From Octopus sinensis (taxonomy: Eukaryota): a DNA stretch of 64,000 nucleotides. Positions within the stretch are counted from its first letter, which is position 1. Every line of letters starts with the position of its first letter. The notes beneath the pieces are model-generated. The model saw nothing but the letters and a program-made list of their open reading frames with translations, did not search any database and was not told where the DNA came from. The position numbers were made by a program, and so were the translations under genes. Of this stretch, positions 28,689-40,803 are shown in pieces. Location: the NCBI RefSeq assembly GCF_006345805.1, contig NC_043023.1, positions 11,594,001 through 11,658,000 on the forward strand. Direction: 5' to 3'.

Positions 28689-30652
28689 ATGAGAAAAGAG
28701 ATGACATCATATGACTGTGATATCTGTACAAAGTCCTTCTCGAAAAAAAAGTATCTAAATGTGCATAAATATATTCATACAGGTGAGAAACCATATCAGT
28801 GTGATATCTGTGGTAAATCATTCTCTCAAAATAGTCACTTAAGTGGACATAATCGTACTCATACAGGAGAGAAACCATATCATTGTGATGTCTGTGGTAA
28901 ATCATTTTCTCGTGAATATAACTCCATTGAACACAAACGTATTCATACAGGAGAGAAGCCATATCATTGTGATACCTGTGGTAAATCGTTCGCCAGAAGT
29001 GGTACATTAAGTACACACCAAAGTATTCATACAGGGATACCATATTGTTGTGATATTTGTGGTAAATCGTTTTCTTATAATAATGATCTAAAGAGACACC
29101 AACGTATTCATACAGGAGAGAAGCCATATCAGTGTGATATCTGTGGTAGATCATTTTCACAAAGTGGGGACTTGACTGTACACAAACGTTCTCATACGGG
29201 AGAGAAACCATTTCGCTGTGATATTTGTGGTAAATCATTCTCTCGAAATAGTTACTTAACAATGCACAAACGCCTTCATACAGGTGAGAAACCGTATCAT
29301 TGTGATATTTGTGGTAAATCATTTACTGGAAGTACATCGTTAACAGAACACAATCGTATTCATACAGGGGAGATGCCATATCGGTGTGATATCTGTGGTA
29401 AATCATTTTCTTGGAGTAGTGCCTTAGCAAGACACAAACCTGTTCATACAGAGAGAAGCCATATCATTGTGATACCTGTGGTAAATCGTTCGCCAGAAGT
29501 GGTACATTAAGTACACACCAAAGTATTCATACAGGGATACCATATTGTTGTGATATTTGTGGTAAATCGTTTTCTTATAATAATGATCTAAAGAGACACC
29601 AACGTATTCATACAGGAGAGAAGCCATATCAGTGTGATATCTGTGGTAGATCATTTTCACAAAGTGGGGACTTGACTGTACACAAACGTTCTCATACGGG
29701 AGAGAAACCATTTCGCTGTGATATTTGTGGTAAATCATTCTCTCGAAATAGTTACTTAACAATGCACAAACGCCTTCATACAGGTGAGAAACCGTATCAT
29801 TGTGATATTTGTGGTAAATCATTTACTGGAAGTACATCGTTAACAGAACACAATCGTATTCATACAGGGGAGATGCCATATCGGTGTGATATCTGTGGTA
29901 AATCATTTTCTTGGAGTAGTGCCTTAGCAAGACACAAACCTGTTCATACAGGAGAGAAACCATATAGTTGTGATGTCTGTGGTAAATCATTCTCTCGAAA
30001 TAATAGTTTGACAAGACACATACGTATTCATACAGGAGAGAAACCATATCATTGTGACATCTGTGGTATATCATTCTCTCAAAGTTATGACTTAAATATA
30101 CACAAACGTTTTCATACAGGAGAGAAACCATATCATTGTGACATCTGTGGTATATCATTCTCTCAAAGTTATGACTTAAATATACACAAACGTTTTCATA
30201 CAGGAGAGAAGCCATATCTTTGTGTTATTTGTGGTAAATCATTCTCTGAAAGAAGTTTGTTAACAAAACACAAACTTATTCATACAGGAGAGAAGCCATA
30301 TCATTGTAATATCTGTGGTAAATCATTCTATCAAAATAGTTCATTAAGAAAACACGAACATACACATACAGGAGAGAAGCCATATCATTGTAATATCTGT
30401 GATAAATCTTTCTCTTATAATAGTCAGTTGACTATTCACAAACGTGTTCATACAGGAGAGAAGCCATATCCTTGTGATATCTGTGGTAAATCATTCTCTC
30501 GACATAGTCACCTTACTAGGCACAACCGTGTTCATACAGGAGAGAAACCGTATCATTGTGATATTTGTGGTAAATCATTCTATCAAAATTGTAACTTGAC
30601 AAAACACAAACACATTCATACATGGGAGGAAGGAGAAGGGCAGTTTCTGTAG
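28689..30652 (+). CDS. C2H2 zinc-finger protein ZNF-4 (family B), ~23 fingers, one frameshift at ~29450
   Basis: ORFs 28689-29510 and 29672-30652; acceptor ATTTCAG|AATAT at 28183. Confidence 0.85.
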
Positions 30653-30694
30653 TTGAGATTTTTTGTTTCTTTCAATATTCCCCTCCCATTCCTG

Positions 30695-31482
30695 GGATCG
30701 TTTCCTTTTGAACGGCAGATGTCAGCACAATTTCTAGTTAACTAAACACTTTTAAACTTTGTATACTGGTAGAATGTGTTTATAAAACATCTTTTTCTCT
30801 TGGCTTTATTGAGAAAATTCTATAGTTTCTAAGATATTTCCACTTTAAAATCGAGCATTTCGGCAATTTTAACCAATCGCTCACCTCCATTTGGGGTGAA
30901 AAGATTCTGTGCTGTATGAATATGTCTCTCGTTTAAGAAATAGATTGGGTTTATTTACATTTGTGAAGAAAAAAAGATTCCCTTCCCCCCACCCCTAACC
31001 CTAACCTGAAAATAGATTGAAATGCAATAGATCAATACTAGGGTCATAATTATGGGTGACAATTTCATATGACACCGCTACGGAAAATGGGATCTTTTTC
31101 TAGCGGTGTCATATGAAATTGTCACCCATAATTATGACCCTAGTATTGATCTATTGCATTTCAATCTGTTTTAGGGTTAGGGGTGGGCGGAAGGGTATCT
31201 TTTTTTCTTCGCAAATGTAAATAAACCCAATCTGTTTCTTAAACAAGGGACATATTCATACAGCACGGAATCTTTTCACCCCAAATGGAGGTCAATGGTT
31301 GGTGAAAATTGCCGAAATGCTTGAAATTTCAGACGAAATATCTTACAAACTATAGAATTTTCTCAATAAAGCCAAGAGAAAAAGATGTTTTATAAACACA
31401 TTCTACCAGTATACGAAGTTTAAAAGTGTTTAGTTACGTGGAAATTATTTTTAAAAAACTGCCGTTCAAAAGGAAAAGATCC
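30695..31482. mobile_element. Palindromic MITE dimer flanked by a single 8-bp TSD (CATTCCTG)
   Basis: cattcctg at 30687-30694 and 31483-31490; two ~390-bp inverted arms. Confidence 0.9.
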
Positions 31483-31997
31483 CATTCCTGTATTTACTTT
31501 TCATGATGTAAGAACCTCTTATACCAAACCTCCTCCTCCTGACACCCCTACACATTATTCTTTCGTGAATATCACCTCTTGTAATTACAGCATTTTTACT
31601 GTTTATTGTATTTTAAATGCTTCGCTCATTAAAAATGTTACAGAATAACTTACATTATTATTTTTTTTACTCAAGAATATTGTAAATTTGTCAAACATTT
31701 ACGTAAACAATGACCCCCAAATACAAAACACGTCACAAAGGAAGAACAAAGATATAACAGCACATTTCTCTTTAATTTCTTCTATGGGTTACAAATATTG
31801 AAGACTGTATTGAATGACGTAATTATAGATATAGAGTGTTAGAGAAATAGACAGGATGTTCATGGATGGAATGTCTATAATCACATGTCTGCTCAGTCAG
31901 AAGTGTCTTGGATCTAAACAACAATGTCAAGTTATATTTCTGGAGAAAGACTAATGTTAGCGTCCACCATTCTGTAGTTTTATTTTAAGACTCTTAA

Positions 31998-32152
31998 GGA
32001 GTGGCTGTGTGGTAAGTAGCTTGCTTACGAACCACATGGTTCCGGGTTCAGTTCCACTGCGTGGCACCTTGGGCAAGTGTCTTCTGCTATAGCCTCAGGC
32101 CAACCAAAGCCTTGTGAGTGGATTTGACAGAAACTGAAAGAAGCCTGTCGTA

Positions 32153-32218
<66 letters not shown>

Positions 32219-32421
32219 TGTTGGTGTGTCTGTTTGTCCCCCTAGCATTGCTTAACAACCGATGCTGGTGTGTTTACGTCCCCGAAACTTAGCGGTTCGG
32301 CAAAAGAGACTGATAGAATAAGTACTGGGCTTACAAGGAATACGTCCTGGGGTCGATTTCCTCGACTAAAGGCGGTGCTCCAGCATGGCCACAGTCAAAA
32401 TGACTGAAACAAGTAAAAAGT
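31998..32421 (+). mobile_element. tRNA-derived SINE family 2 with internal (TA)n
   Basis: gagtggctgtgtggtaagtagcttgc...ggttcagttcc head; other copies at 9199, 35462 and 61878. Confidence 0.85.
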
Positions 32422-32565
32422 AATGTGAAGGTGTCAGTGGAGTTTACAAATATGGAAGATTCACACAACATTCTATGATGTCAATTTTAATAAATTAAAA
32501 TGTTAAGTTCATCATCATCTTTTAATGTCTGTTGTCCATGCTGGAATGGTTCGATGGTTTGAGGG

Positions 32566-32972
32566 CGGTGAGCTGGCAGAATCATTAGCACGTCGGGCGA
32601 AATGCGTAGCCGTATTTCGTCTGCCGTTACGTTCTCAGTTCAAATTCCGCCGAGGTCAACTTTGCTTTTCGTCCTTTTGGGGTCGATAAAATAAGTACCA
32701 GTTGCACACTGGGGTCGATGTAAACGACTTAATCTGTTTGTCCTTGTTTGTTCCCTCTATGTTTAGTCCCTTGTGGGTCGTAAAGAAATAGGTATTTCGT
32801 CTGCCGTTACGTTCTGAGTTCAAATTCCGCCGAGGTCGACTTTGCCTTTCGTCCTTTTGGGGTCGATAAAATAAGTACCAGTTGTACACTGGGGTCGATG
32901 TAAACGACTTAATCTGTTTGTCCTTGTTTGTTCCCTCTATGTTTAGTCCCTTGTGGGTCGTAAAGAAATAGG
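32566..32972 (+). mobile_element. SINE family 1 with duplicated body
   Basis: Homology to 7320-7742 and 63412-63650. Confidence 0.85.
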
Positions 32973-33384
32973 TTTGAGCAGAGGTGATAAGGTGGGGAGA
33001 CGCAGCACACTTCAGTCTGATTTCTTATGACTTCAACAGCTGGATGCCCTTCCTAGTGCCAACCACTCCATAGTGCACAGGAAGCTTTTATGTGGCTCTG
33101 CGCTGGCACTTTTATGTGCCACCACACTGTTGCTTTAATGTGGTGGCATGAAGAACGGATACATATACCTTTGCCCACCAGAGGAATGAGTCTAAATACT
33201 TATGCTGTGGAGTTTGGGTCTTCTTGAGTAAAGCGAGATGCCAGGCATCTTCGTCTTTATCATATCACCTGAAAGGTTCAGCTTCCTCTTTTCATCATTT
33301 CATGTCTGACGTCCATGCTGGAGCGGTTCGATGGTTTGAGCAGGGCTGGCAAACTGCAGAGCTACAGCACCCTCCAGTCTGATT

Positions 33385-34590
33385 TATGATTTCTTCTTCG
33401 TCTTCTTACAGCATTCACCCAGGGTGGGTTGAGCCGGCTTCATTTATCCTCAATGCTGCATCTCTCACAAACGCTGACTAGGCTTGGTGAGTTGAGGCTA
33501 ACAACCTCCTGATCTCCAGCCACTCCTTATTCCAGTGGCGAACGTCATAGATATGGGGGCCTAGGTTGGGTTCCAGATCAGCCTTGACTGTCATCAGCCA
33601 GGTTTTTCATTGTCCACCACATCGCTTTCGCCAACCCTGAAGGGGAGCTGGGGCAATTGCTTTGTAGGTTGGGTTCCAGATCAGCTTTGACTGTCATCAG
33701 CCAGGTTTTTCATTGTCCACCACATCGCTTTCGCTAACCCTGAAGAGGAGCTGGGGCAATTGCTTTGTAGGTTGGGTTCCAGATCAGCCTTGACTCTCAT
33801 CAGCCAGGTTTTTCTTGGTCCACCACATCGCTTTCGCCAACCCTGAAGGGCAGGAGAGTGTGCAACCCCTGGTATCGCGACCGTGGTTGAGACACTAGAA
33901 TTTACCATGCTACGCCAGACTTCACCGTCCATCATAGCATTATGGAGGTCCTGTTGCTGGATGCCTGTATCCCTGGAGATTACATCAGGGTAGGAGAGTG
34001 TGCACCCTCTGGTATCGCGACCGTGGTCAAGACAATGGAATTTACCATGCTACGCCAGACTTCACGGTCCATCATAGCATTACGGAGGTCCTGTTGCTGG
34101 ATGCCTGTATCCCTGGAGATTACATCACGGTAGGAGAGTGTGCGCCCTCTGGTATCGCAAGCAGATGGCTTCCAGAGGAGAAGAGGAGAAATTGCCTCGT
34201 TTTCAGCTCTACAACAATGTCCAAGAAAATGGATTCTTGTACCTTTCACAAGAGATGACACAGGTGGTAATTTCCCATATATTTGTACTTTGGTTGGATG
34301 ACGCTTCCACGAGAGATTTTGAGCTCTCATAAGGAGGCAAGTGTACGTTCCATCCAACCGCCTCTCAAGCTTCTTTGATAACATCCAGGTTTATGAGCCA
34401 TATAGTAGAATTGGTTTGACTGTGGCTTTGAAGATTTCAAGTTTGAAGTCTCTACTTATATTTGATGACCAGATCTTATGCTTGTCATTACAGGCTGACC
34501 AGGCCATACCCTTTCTAGTCAGAAAATCTTTTCCAGATGATGATATGTATGACCCAAGATATTTGTAATCAGAAACCATATTTAATAGCA
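33385..34590 (-). mobile_element. RTE-group LINE 3' portion with internal tandem reiterations and (GAA)-like tail
   Basis: DYKYLGSYI...LEIFKATVKPILLYGS; LDGTYTCLLMRAQNLSW...GHCCRA. Confidence 0.75.
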
Positions 34591-34919
34591 CGTTGTTGTT
34601 GTTGTTGTGACAGAAGAAGCAACCTCAGTATCTACAATGTTTTAAAGACTAAAGGAAAATATCATACAAAACAAACATATAATATTGTTTCTATAAATCT
34701 GTGAAAGAATTCGTTTGAAACATTTGCTCTGAAATAATATTATTAGCCAAATTTCTGAACATTGCTGACTAGAATGGCAAGAAAAAGAGCTTGTGTGAAG
34801 ATAAAGATTGGATAAAGTAGAAATTTATGTAAGCAATAAAGTAAAAAAACGAAGGCAGGAAAAATATATCAACTGGGATTTGAGAGGAAAAGTAAAAGTA
34901 ATTGATTTCCCCTGAACGC

Positions 34920-35451
34920 ATGAGAAAAGAGATGACATCATATGACTGTGATATCTGTACAAAGTCCTTCTCTCGGAAAAGCAACCTAATTATGCACAAA
35001 CATACTCATACAGGTGAGAAACTGTATCATTGTGATACCTGTGGTAAATCATTCTCTAAGGATAGTAACTTATCTAGACACAAACATATTCATACAGGTG
35101 AGAAACCATTGCACTGTGATATCTGTGGTAAATCATTCTCTGAAAATTGTGACTTAACCAAACACATACGTATTCATACGAGAGAGAAAACTTATCAGTG
35201 TGATATCTGTGGTAAATCATTCTCTCAAAATATTCACTTAAGTGGACACAAACGTACTCATACAGGAGAGACACCCCATCATTGTGATATTTGTGGTAAA
35301 TCATTCTCTCAAAGTAGTGACTTAAGAAAGCACAATCGTATTCATACAGGAGAAGCCATATCAATGTGTTATCTGCGGTAAATAATTCTCTACAAATAGT
35401 AACTTCAATAGACACAAACTGATTCATACATGGGTGAAATGAAAAGGGTAG
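34920..35451 (+). pseudogene. ZNF-5 (family B): 5 intact fingers and a broken sixth; native acceptor and exon 1 not found
   Basis: N-terminus [17 protein letters not shown] identical to ZNF-4; 2-bp deletion at ~35352 plus in-frame TAA in the last finger. Confidence 0.65.
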
Positions 35452-35934
35452 TCTCTAGTTTGTCTAGGGGGACAAACACAGACACACAAACATATACACT
35501 CACATACATATATATATACATATATACGACAGGCTTCTTTCAGTTTCTGTCTACCAAATCCACTCATAAGGCATTGGTCGGCCTGGGGCTATAGCAGAAG
35601 ACACTTGCCCAAGATGCCACGCAATGGGACTGAACCCAGAACCATGTGGTTGATAAGCAAGCTACTTACCACGTTAATATTCCTGTGTTTCATGTAATGT
35701 AAATTATGACTAAAATATTTACAAAAATTTCAGAATTTCTTTGTTTTGTTTTTGCAATATTCATCTCCTCCTCCTTTCTTGACCACTCATGTTCTTTCCT
35801 TGCCATGGTCTAAGGAACTCTTATACTAAATCTCCTCCCCCTGACCACCCCTACACATTATTCGTTCTTGAATATCGCATCCTGTAATCACAGCATATTT
35901 TATTGTTTGTTGTATTTTAAAAGCTTCACTCATT

Positions 35935-36260
35935 AAATCATCATCAACATCATTTAACATCCGCTTTCCATGCTAGCATGGGTTGGACGATTTGACTGAG
36001 GTCTGGAAAACCAGGCTCCAATCTGATCTGGCAGAGTCTCTACAGCTGGATGCCCTTCCTAGCGCCAACCACTCCGAGAGTGTAGTGGGTGCTTTTTATG
36101 TGCCACCAGAACTGAGGCCAGGCGAGGTTGGCAATGGCCACGATCCGATGGTACTTTTTACATGCCACCAGCACGGAGGCCAGTCGGGGCGGCGCTGGCA
36201 ACGGCCAAGTTCGGATGGTTCTCTTACAAGCCACCAGCACTGGTATTACACCTACAATTT
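35935..36260 (-). mobile_element. RTE 3'-end-derived element (SINE-like or truncated LINE)
   Basis: Matches 45400-45746; similar pieces at ~20160, 33030, 54425, 55460, 55740, 60540 and 61095. Confidence 0.75.
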
Positions 36261-36505
36261 CCATTGATTTTGATCGATTTCGATTTATCTCTTATATGAA
36301 GTAATTCTGGCCCTAACTCTCATTTGTCCCTTTATCTTTCAGTATATTGCTATCGATATTACACACATTTTATCTCTTCATCATTTAACGTCTGTGTTCC
36401 ATGCTGGCATGGGTCAGACGGTTTGACAAAAATCCAGTGTGTTGAGGACTGCATCGTTCTTCAGTGTTTTCTATGGCAGGATATCCACTTTACACACTGT
36501 ATTGT

Positions 36506-37860
36506 AAAATAATAATAATAAAATTATTGTATACAGTGCTCAGGTGCACCACAACTTGTCAAAAAGTGCGTCTAAAGTCTGGAAAGCAAACAATGTATGA
36601 GTCAGATACATGCTTGTGTGTGTATGGAGGGGAGAAAATCAGGTGTAGTGTTGGCGAACCTCAGGAAGTTTTGAAGGATGCAGTGCTCCAACAACTAACA
36701 ACTGATGCCGGCAGTTTGTTCCATGCTTCAGCAACTCTTAGCGTGAAAAAGTGTTTCCTAAAGTCATGGAAGGAGCTGTGCTGTTTTCTGACTTTGTAAA
36801 GATGTCCACGGATGTTAGACAGGTGGAGTTTGAAAAGGGGCTCAGAGTTATTGTTTGTAAGATGGTTAATAATTTTATGGGTGTCTGCCAAGTCAGCTGC
36901 AAGACATCGGAGTTTCAATGTATCCATGCCCAGGGATGTAAGGCATTAAGAACATGGCAAATGCCTGATGGAGGGTATTCTCTTCATTGCACGTTCCTGA
37001 ACGGCTTCCAGACGATTAATATCCTGGGCAAGATAGGGGTTCCAGACCGGTGATGCAAATTCCAGGTGCGGTGTTCTTTACTCATGTCACTGGCACAACT
37101 GAGGGCACAATATAGCTCACAAGTAAACAAACCCAGAGAGGGAATATGTTGCCACTACAAGGTAAGTAGGGTTAAGTCTATGAGAGAAGGGTTTTGAAGC
37201 AGATCAGATTGTTGTGAAGGAGCTGCATGGCTAATCACATATAGGAGGAAAAGTCGGACTGAACTAGAGGTATCTCTGAGGATGGTTAGCACACCGAGCG
37301 AAATGCTTACCGGTATTTTGTCTACTGTTACATTCTGAGTTCAAATTCCACTAAGGTCGACTTGGCCTTTCATCCTTTCGGGGTCGATAAATTAAGTACC
37401 AGTAACGCACTGGGGTCGATATGATCGACTTAATCCGTTTATCTGTCCTTGTTTGTCCCCTCTATGTTTAGCCCCTTGTGGGTAGTAAAGAAATAGGTAT
37501 CCCTGAGTAGAGTAGGCATCGGGGTGGACCTTGAGGCAGTAGGTGGGGGTAGTCATGATCTGCTATTGTGGGTGGAAGGGAGGTTGGCAACACTTGAGGG
37601 AAAGGGGTCTGAACTAGAGGTGTCTCTGAGGATATAAGGCATCGGGGTGGACCTTGAGGCAGCAGGTGGGGGTAGTCATGGCCCGCTAGTGTGGGTGGAA
37701 GGGAGGTTGGCAACATTTGTAACACTTTAGGGAAAGGGGTCTGAACTAGAGGTGTCTCTGAGGATATAAGGCAGCAGGTGGGGGTAGTCATGGTCCGCTA
37801 GTGTGGGTGGAAATGAGGTTGGCAACATTTGTAACACTTGAGGGAAAGCAGTACAACTGT
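36506..37860 (-). mobile_element. CR1-like LINE 3' part, interrupted by a SINE (37284-37500), with ~3 G-rich ~125-bp repeats at 37500-37860
   Basis: RGHLYKVRKQ...RKHFFTLRVAEAWNKLP; (TTA)n tail at ~36506. Confidence 0.7.
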
Positions 37861-38149
37861 TGGGGAGGATCCAGAGATAGTTGAAGTATGGTGATGATGA
37901 TAATTATGACCACGGGGAGCACACAACTAAAGCTATGAGAGAGATTTCAATTTGTGAAATTACATGAAGAATTAAAGAGAAAAGATAAGGCTGAGAGAGA
38001 GAGATTAGGAAGTTATTATTCGATGAAACAATTTAAATAATTAGTTTACGAAAGTAAATATTAGCAATAATTCACGTTAGATGAGTGAATGAAGAGGTTG
38101 GCGTCAAGAAAGGTTATTAAACTATAAACAACTCTTTAATAAAACGGGG

Positions 38150-38454
38150 CCCACGATGAATGGATTAATTGTTGCTGTGGATCGAACTTACAAACCAACA
38201 GGATTCTACCGTTTGTTAAAGGGAGATAATTAGTCTTGAAGTCTTATTTCAGGAGACGAGAGACGCATGCGCATTGAACGTGGTTTCTTCATGACGTTGA
38301 CTTCCGGGTCAAATGTACCGTTGAATGAATTTCTTTTAATCAGCTGATAATAATAATACGTTTATAATACTTAAAATACGTATTTATAATGCATTTCTCA
38401 ACTGCCATATACACACATATATAAACAACACTGTCCTTTATGAAACATTTGCGT
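38150..38454 (+). promoter_or_regulatory. Putative promoter and non-coding exon 1 of ZNF-6
   Basis: AAAGGGAGATAATT (38218), NRF1-like ACGCATGCGCA (38263), ETS-like ACTTCCGG (38300); donor GC|GTAAGT at 38453. Confidence 0.6.
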
Positions 38455-38559
38455 AAGTATTAAACAATGAAAAGATTCAATGTTTTTTAATTCGGGAGAC
38501 TTTCGGTTTTTGGCGCCTCAATTCTTGGTCTTTTCTGTGTTTTATGAATGAGAGATGTC

Positions 38560-39232
38560 CTTGATTTGTGCGGGATTTGGCTGCTATTTCTAACAACAGA
38601 CAATAGATTCTATCATTTGTACGATATTTTGTTGATATTTCCAGCTTTGAAAGAAAGATGACCATGATTTGTGCGGGATTTGGCTGCTGTTTCTAACTAT
38701 TGAAGAGATATATCTTTGATTTTTGCGGGATTTGGCTGCTATTTCTAGCTATGGAAGCTATATATCTTTGATTTATGCGGGATTTGGCTGTTATTTTTGG
38801 CAACGTAAAAGAAATTCTATGATTTGTGCGATATTAGGTTGATATTTCTAGGTGTGAAAGAAAACTATTTTTGATTTGTGCGGGATTTGGCTGCTATTTT
38901 TAACTATGGAAGAGCGTTGACTATGAGTTGTGTTGGATTTGGCTGCTATTTCTAGCTATGATTTCTGTGAGATTTGACTGCTATTTCTAACTATGAAAGA
39001 GAGATGACTATGAATTTTGTGGGATTTGGCAGCTATTTCTAGCTATGGAAGAGATATATCTTTGATTTGGTCGGCATATGGCTACTATTTCTAGCTATGG
39101 GAGAGAGTTGTCCTTGATTTGTGTGGAATTTGGCTGCTATTTCTAACTATGGAAGAGCGATGACTGAATTGTGTGGGATTTGGCTGCTATTTCTAGCTAT
39201 GAAAGAGATATATATTTGATTTGTGTGGGTTT
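38560..39232 (+). repeat. 52-bp minisatellite (~13 units) in ZNF-6 intron 1
   Basis: Unit gatttgtgcgggatttggctgctatttctagctatggaagagatatatcttt; paralogous array at 48095-48193 plus 50121-50452. Confidence 0.9.
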
Positions 39233-39279
39233 GGTGTCTGTTTCTATCTGTGGAAACTACCTTCTACGCTTTCCATCGT

Positions 39280-39640
39280 TGCCAAATTCGGGCAAGGAAG
39301 AATTCCATGTTTCATTTTGTACTGAAAAGACAAAGTGGAGACAAGAATTGCAATGGTGATTTGTGTTCTAAAGGGGTGAGGAACAACATTCCAAAATCAT
39401 GGATAGCTGTGTACCCCCACCCCGAATTTATTGTCTCATAACTTCCAGAATATAGATACATTTTACTAAAACGTTCAACAAATAATCTCTTGGATCCTGT
39501 AGGTTGGGTGTACCTAAAGATTTGTTGGAGAAAATTCTTTCGAGGAGATTGGCAGAGGAGTTTTGGTAAATTGACACAACCTGACATCTGCCCCTTTATA
39601 ACTTTGAGGAGAATACCTTTGAAACCGTTTAGATTATGAT
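39280..39640 (-). mobile_element. Possible piggyBac-like transposase relic (paralogue at ~50500-50860)
   Basis: Weak by-eye similarity of RKNFLQQI..TQPTGSKRLFV...YLYSG...GWGY..I.D to the piggyBac core; not verified. Confidence 0.25.
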
Positions 39641-40160
39641 TATTGGGTTGGTGCATAATTATTTAACCAAAACATCTTTAAATGGCGGTCTGACTGTCTG
39701 CCAAACAAATGGGAAGTAGTAATTGAAAGAAACACAGAGCATCTCAAAATAAATACAGTAACGAAAGGGTTAATACAGTCTATGGGGATTGGACATTAAG
39801 CATAAGCCAGTGTGAGCAGTGGTTGCAGAAATTGCAAGCCAGAAACTACAGGCTAGAAGACGAGCCTTGTCCTGGAAGATCTGTAGAGCTCAATGAGGAC
39901 AATGTACAAATTCTGGTGGAACAAAATTCAATCCTAACTGTTGAAGAACTGTCAGAGATGCTTGGATTTGGTCATTCAACCATTCATCGACATCTGAGAG
40001 AACAATACTGGAGGAGTATTTTTCATCACGGACAAGTGAATTTTGGAAGAGTGCTCTGCACGTTTTCTGCAGAGATGGAAGAGCATTGTAGAAAATGAAG
40101 GAGAGTATATTTTAGATTAAAAAAGAAATTTGTTTATTTTAATTATGAAAAATTAAAGAG
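39641..40160 (+). mobile_element. Internally deleted mariner relic (paralogue at 50865-51390)
   Basis: TA+ttgggttggtgca TIR; LEDEPCPGRSVELNEDNVQILVEQNSILTVEELSEMLGFGHSTIHRHL HTH. Confidence 0.75.
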
Positions 40161-40803
40161 GCATTATTTATGAGACATAGGCAGAAACAGATCTGCGCGC
40201 ACAGCACACGGATTCACACCCATACACAGACATAAACTTATACACACACAGATGTATATATAGATGTTTGTGTGTGTATGTAAACTGTATAGATATGTCT
40301 GCTTTACACAAGATTTTCTGATGTAAATTTTAATAAATTAAAATATTCAGTTGTTGAATGTTTATTTCTATAATTAATCTCAGCAGAAACGAATCTGTAT
40401 TTTTTACATAGCCTCTAAACCTTACACTGTTGTTTCTCTATAATTTCAGAACATCAACTGACATTGACGTAACAGAAGAAACATCCTCAATATTTACCAT
40501 TTTTTAAAGACTAAAGCAAAATATTATGCAGAACAGATGTATAACATTGTTTGTAGAAATCTGTTGTAGAATTCCTGTGAAACATTTGCTCTGAAATAAT
40601 ACTATTAGCCAGGACTCAGAACAACACTGACTGGAGTATCAAGAAGAGGGGCTTCTGTGCTGGTGAAACTTGGATAAATTTATGTAATTGCTGCTAGAAA
40701 AAGGTAACAGTGGACAGAAATACAGGAGCAGGAGTATTTGTAAGGAATTAAGTATAAGAATAAAATAGGAAAAATATTTTAACTGGGATTTGAGAGGAAA
40801 ATA

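Noticed and set aside
28480-30215. Long antisense ORFs over ZNF genes ([20 protein letters not shown] repeats; also at 41327, 52233-53471 and 56784-57590)
   Set aside because: Known by-product of the C2H2/TGEKPY codon pattern on the opposite strand; no independent gene signals
38560-39232. Repeat array resembling CRISPR
   Set aside because: Units are contiguous and degenerate, with no unique spacers, no cas genes and a eukaryotic context; the same applies to the 84-bp finger repeats
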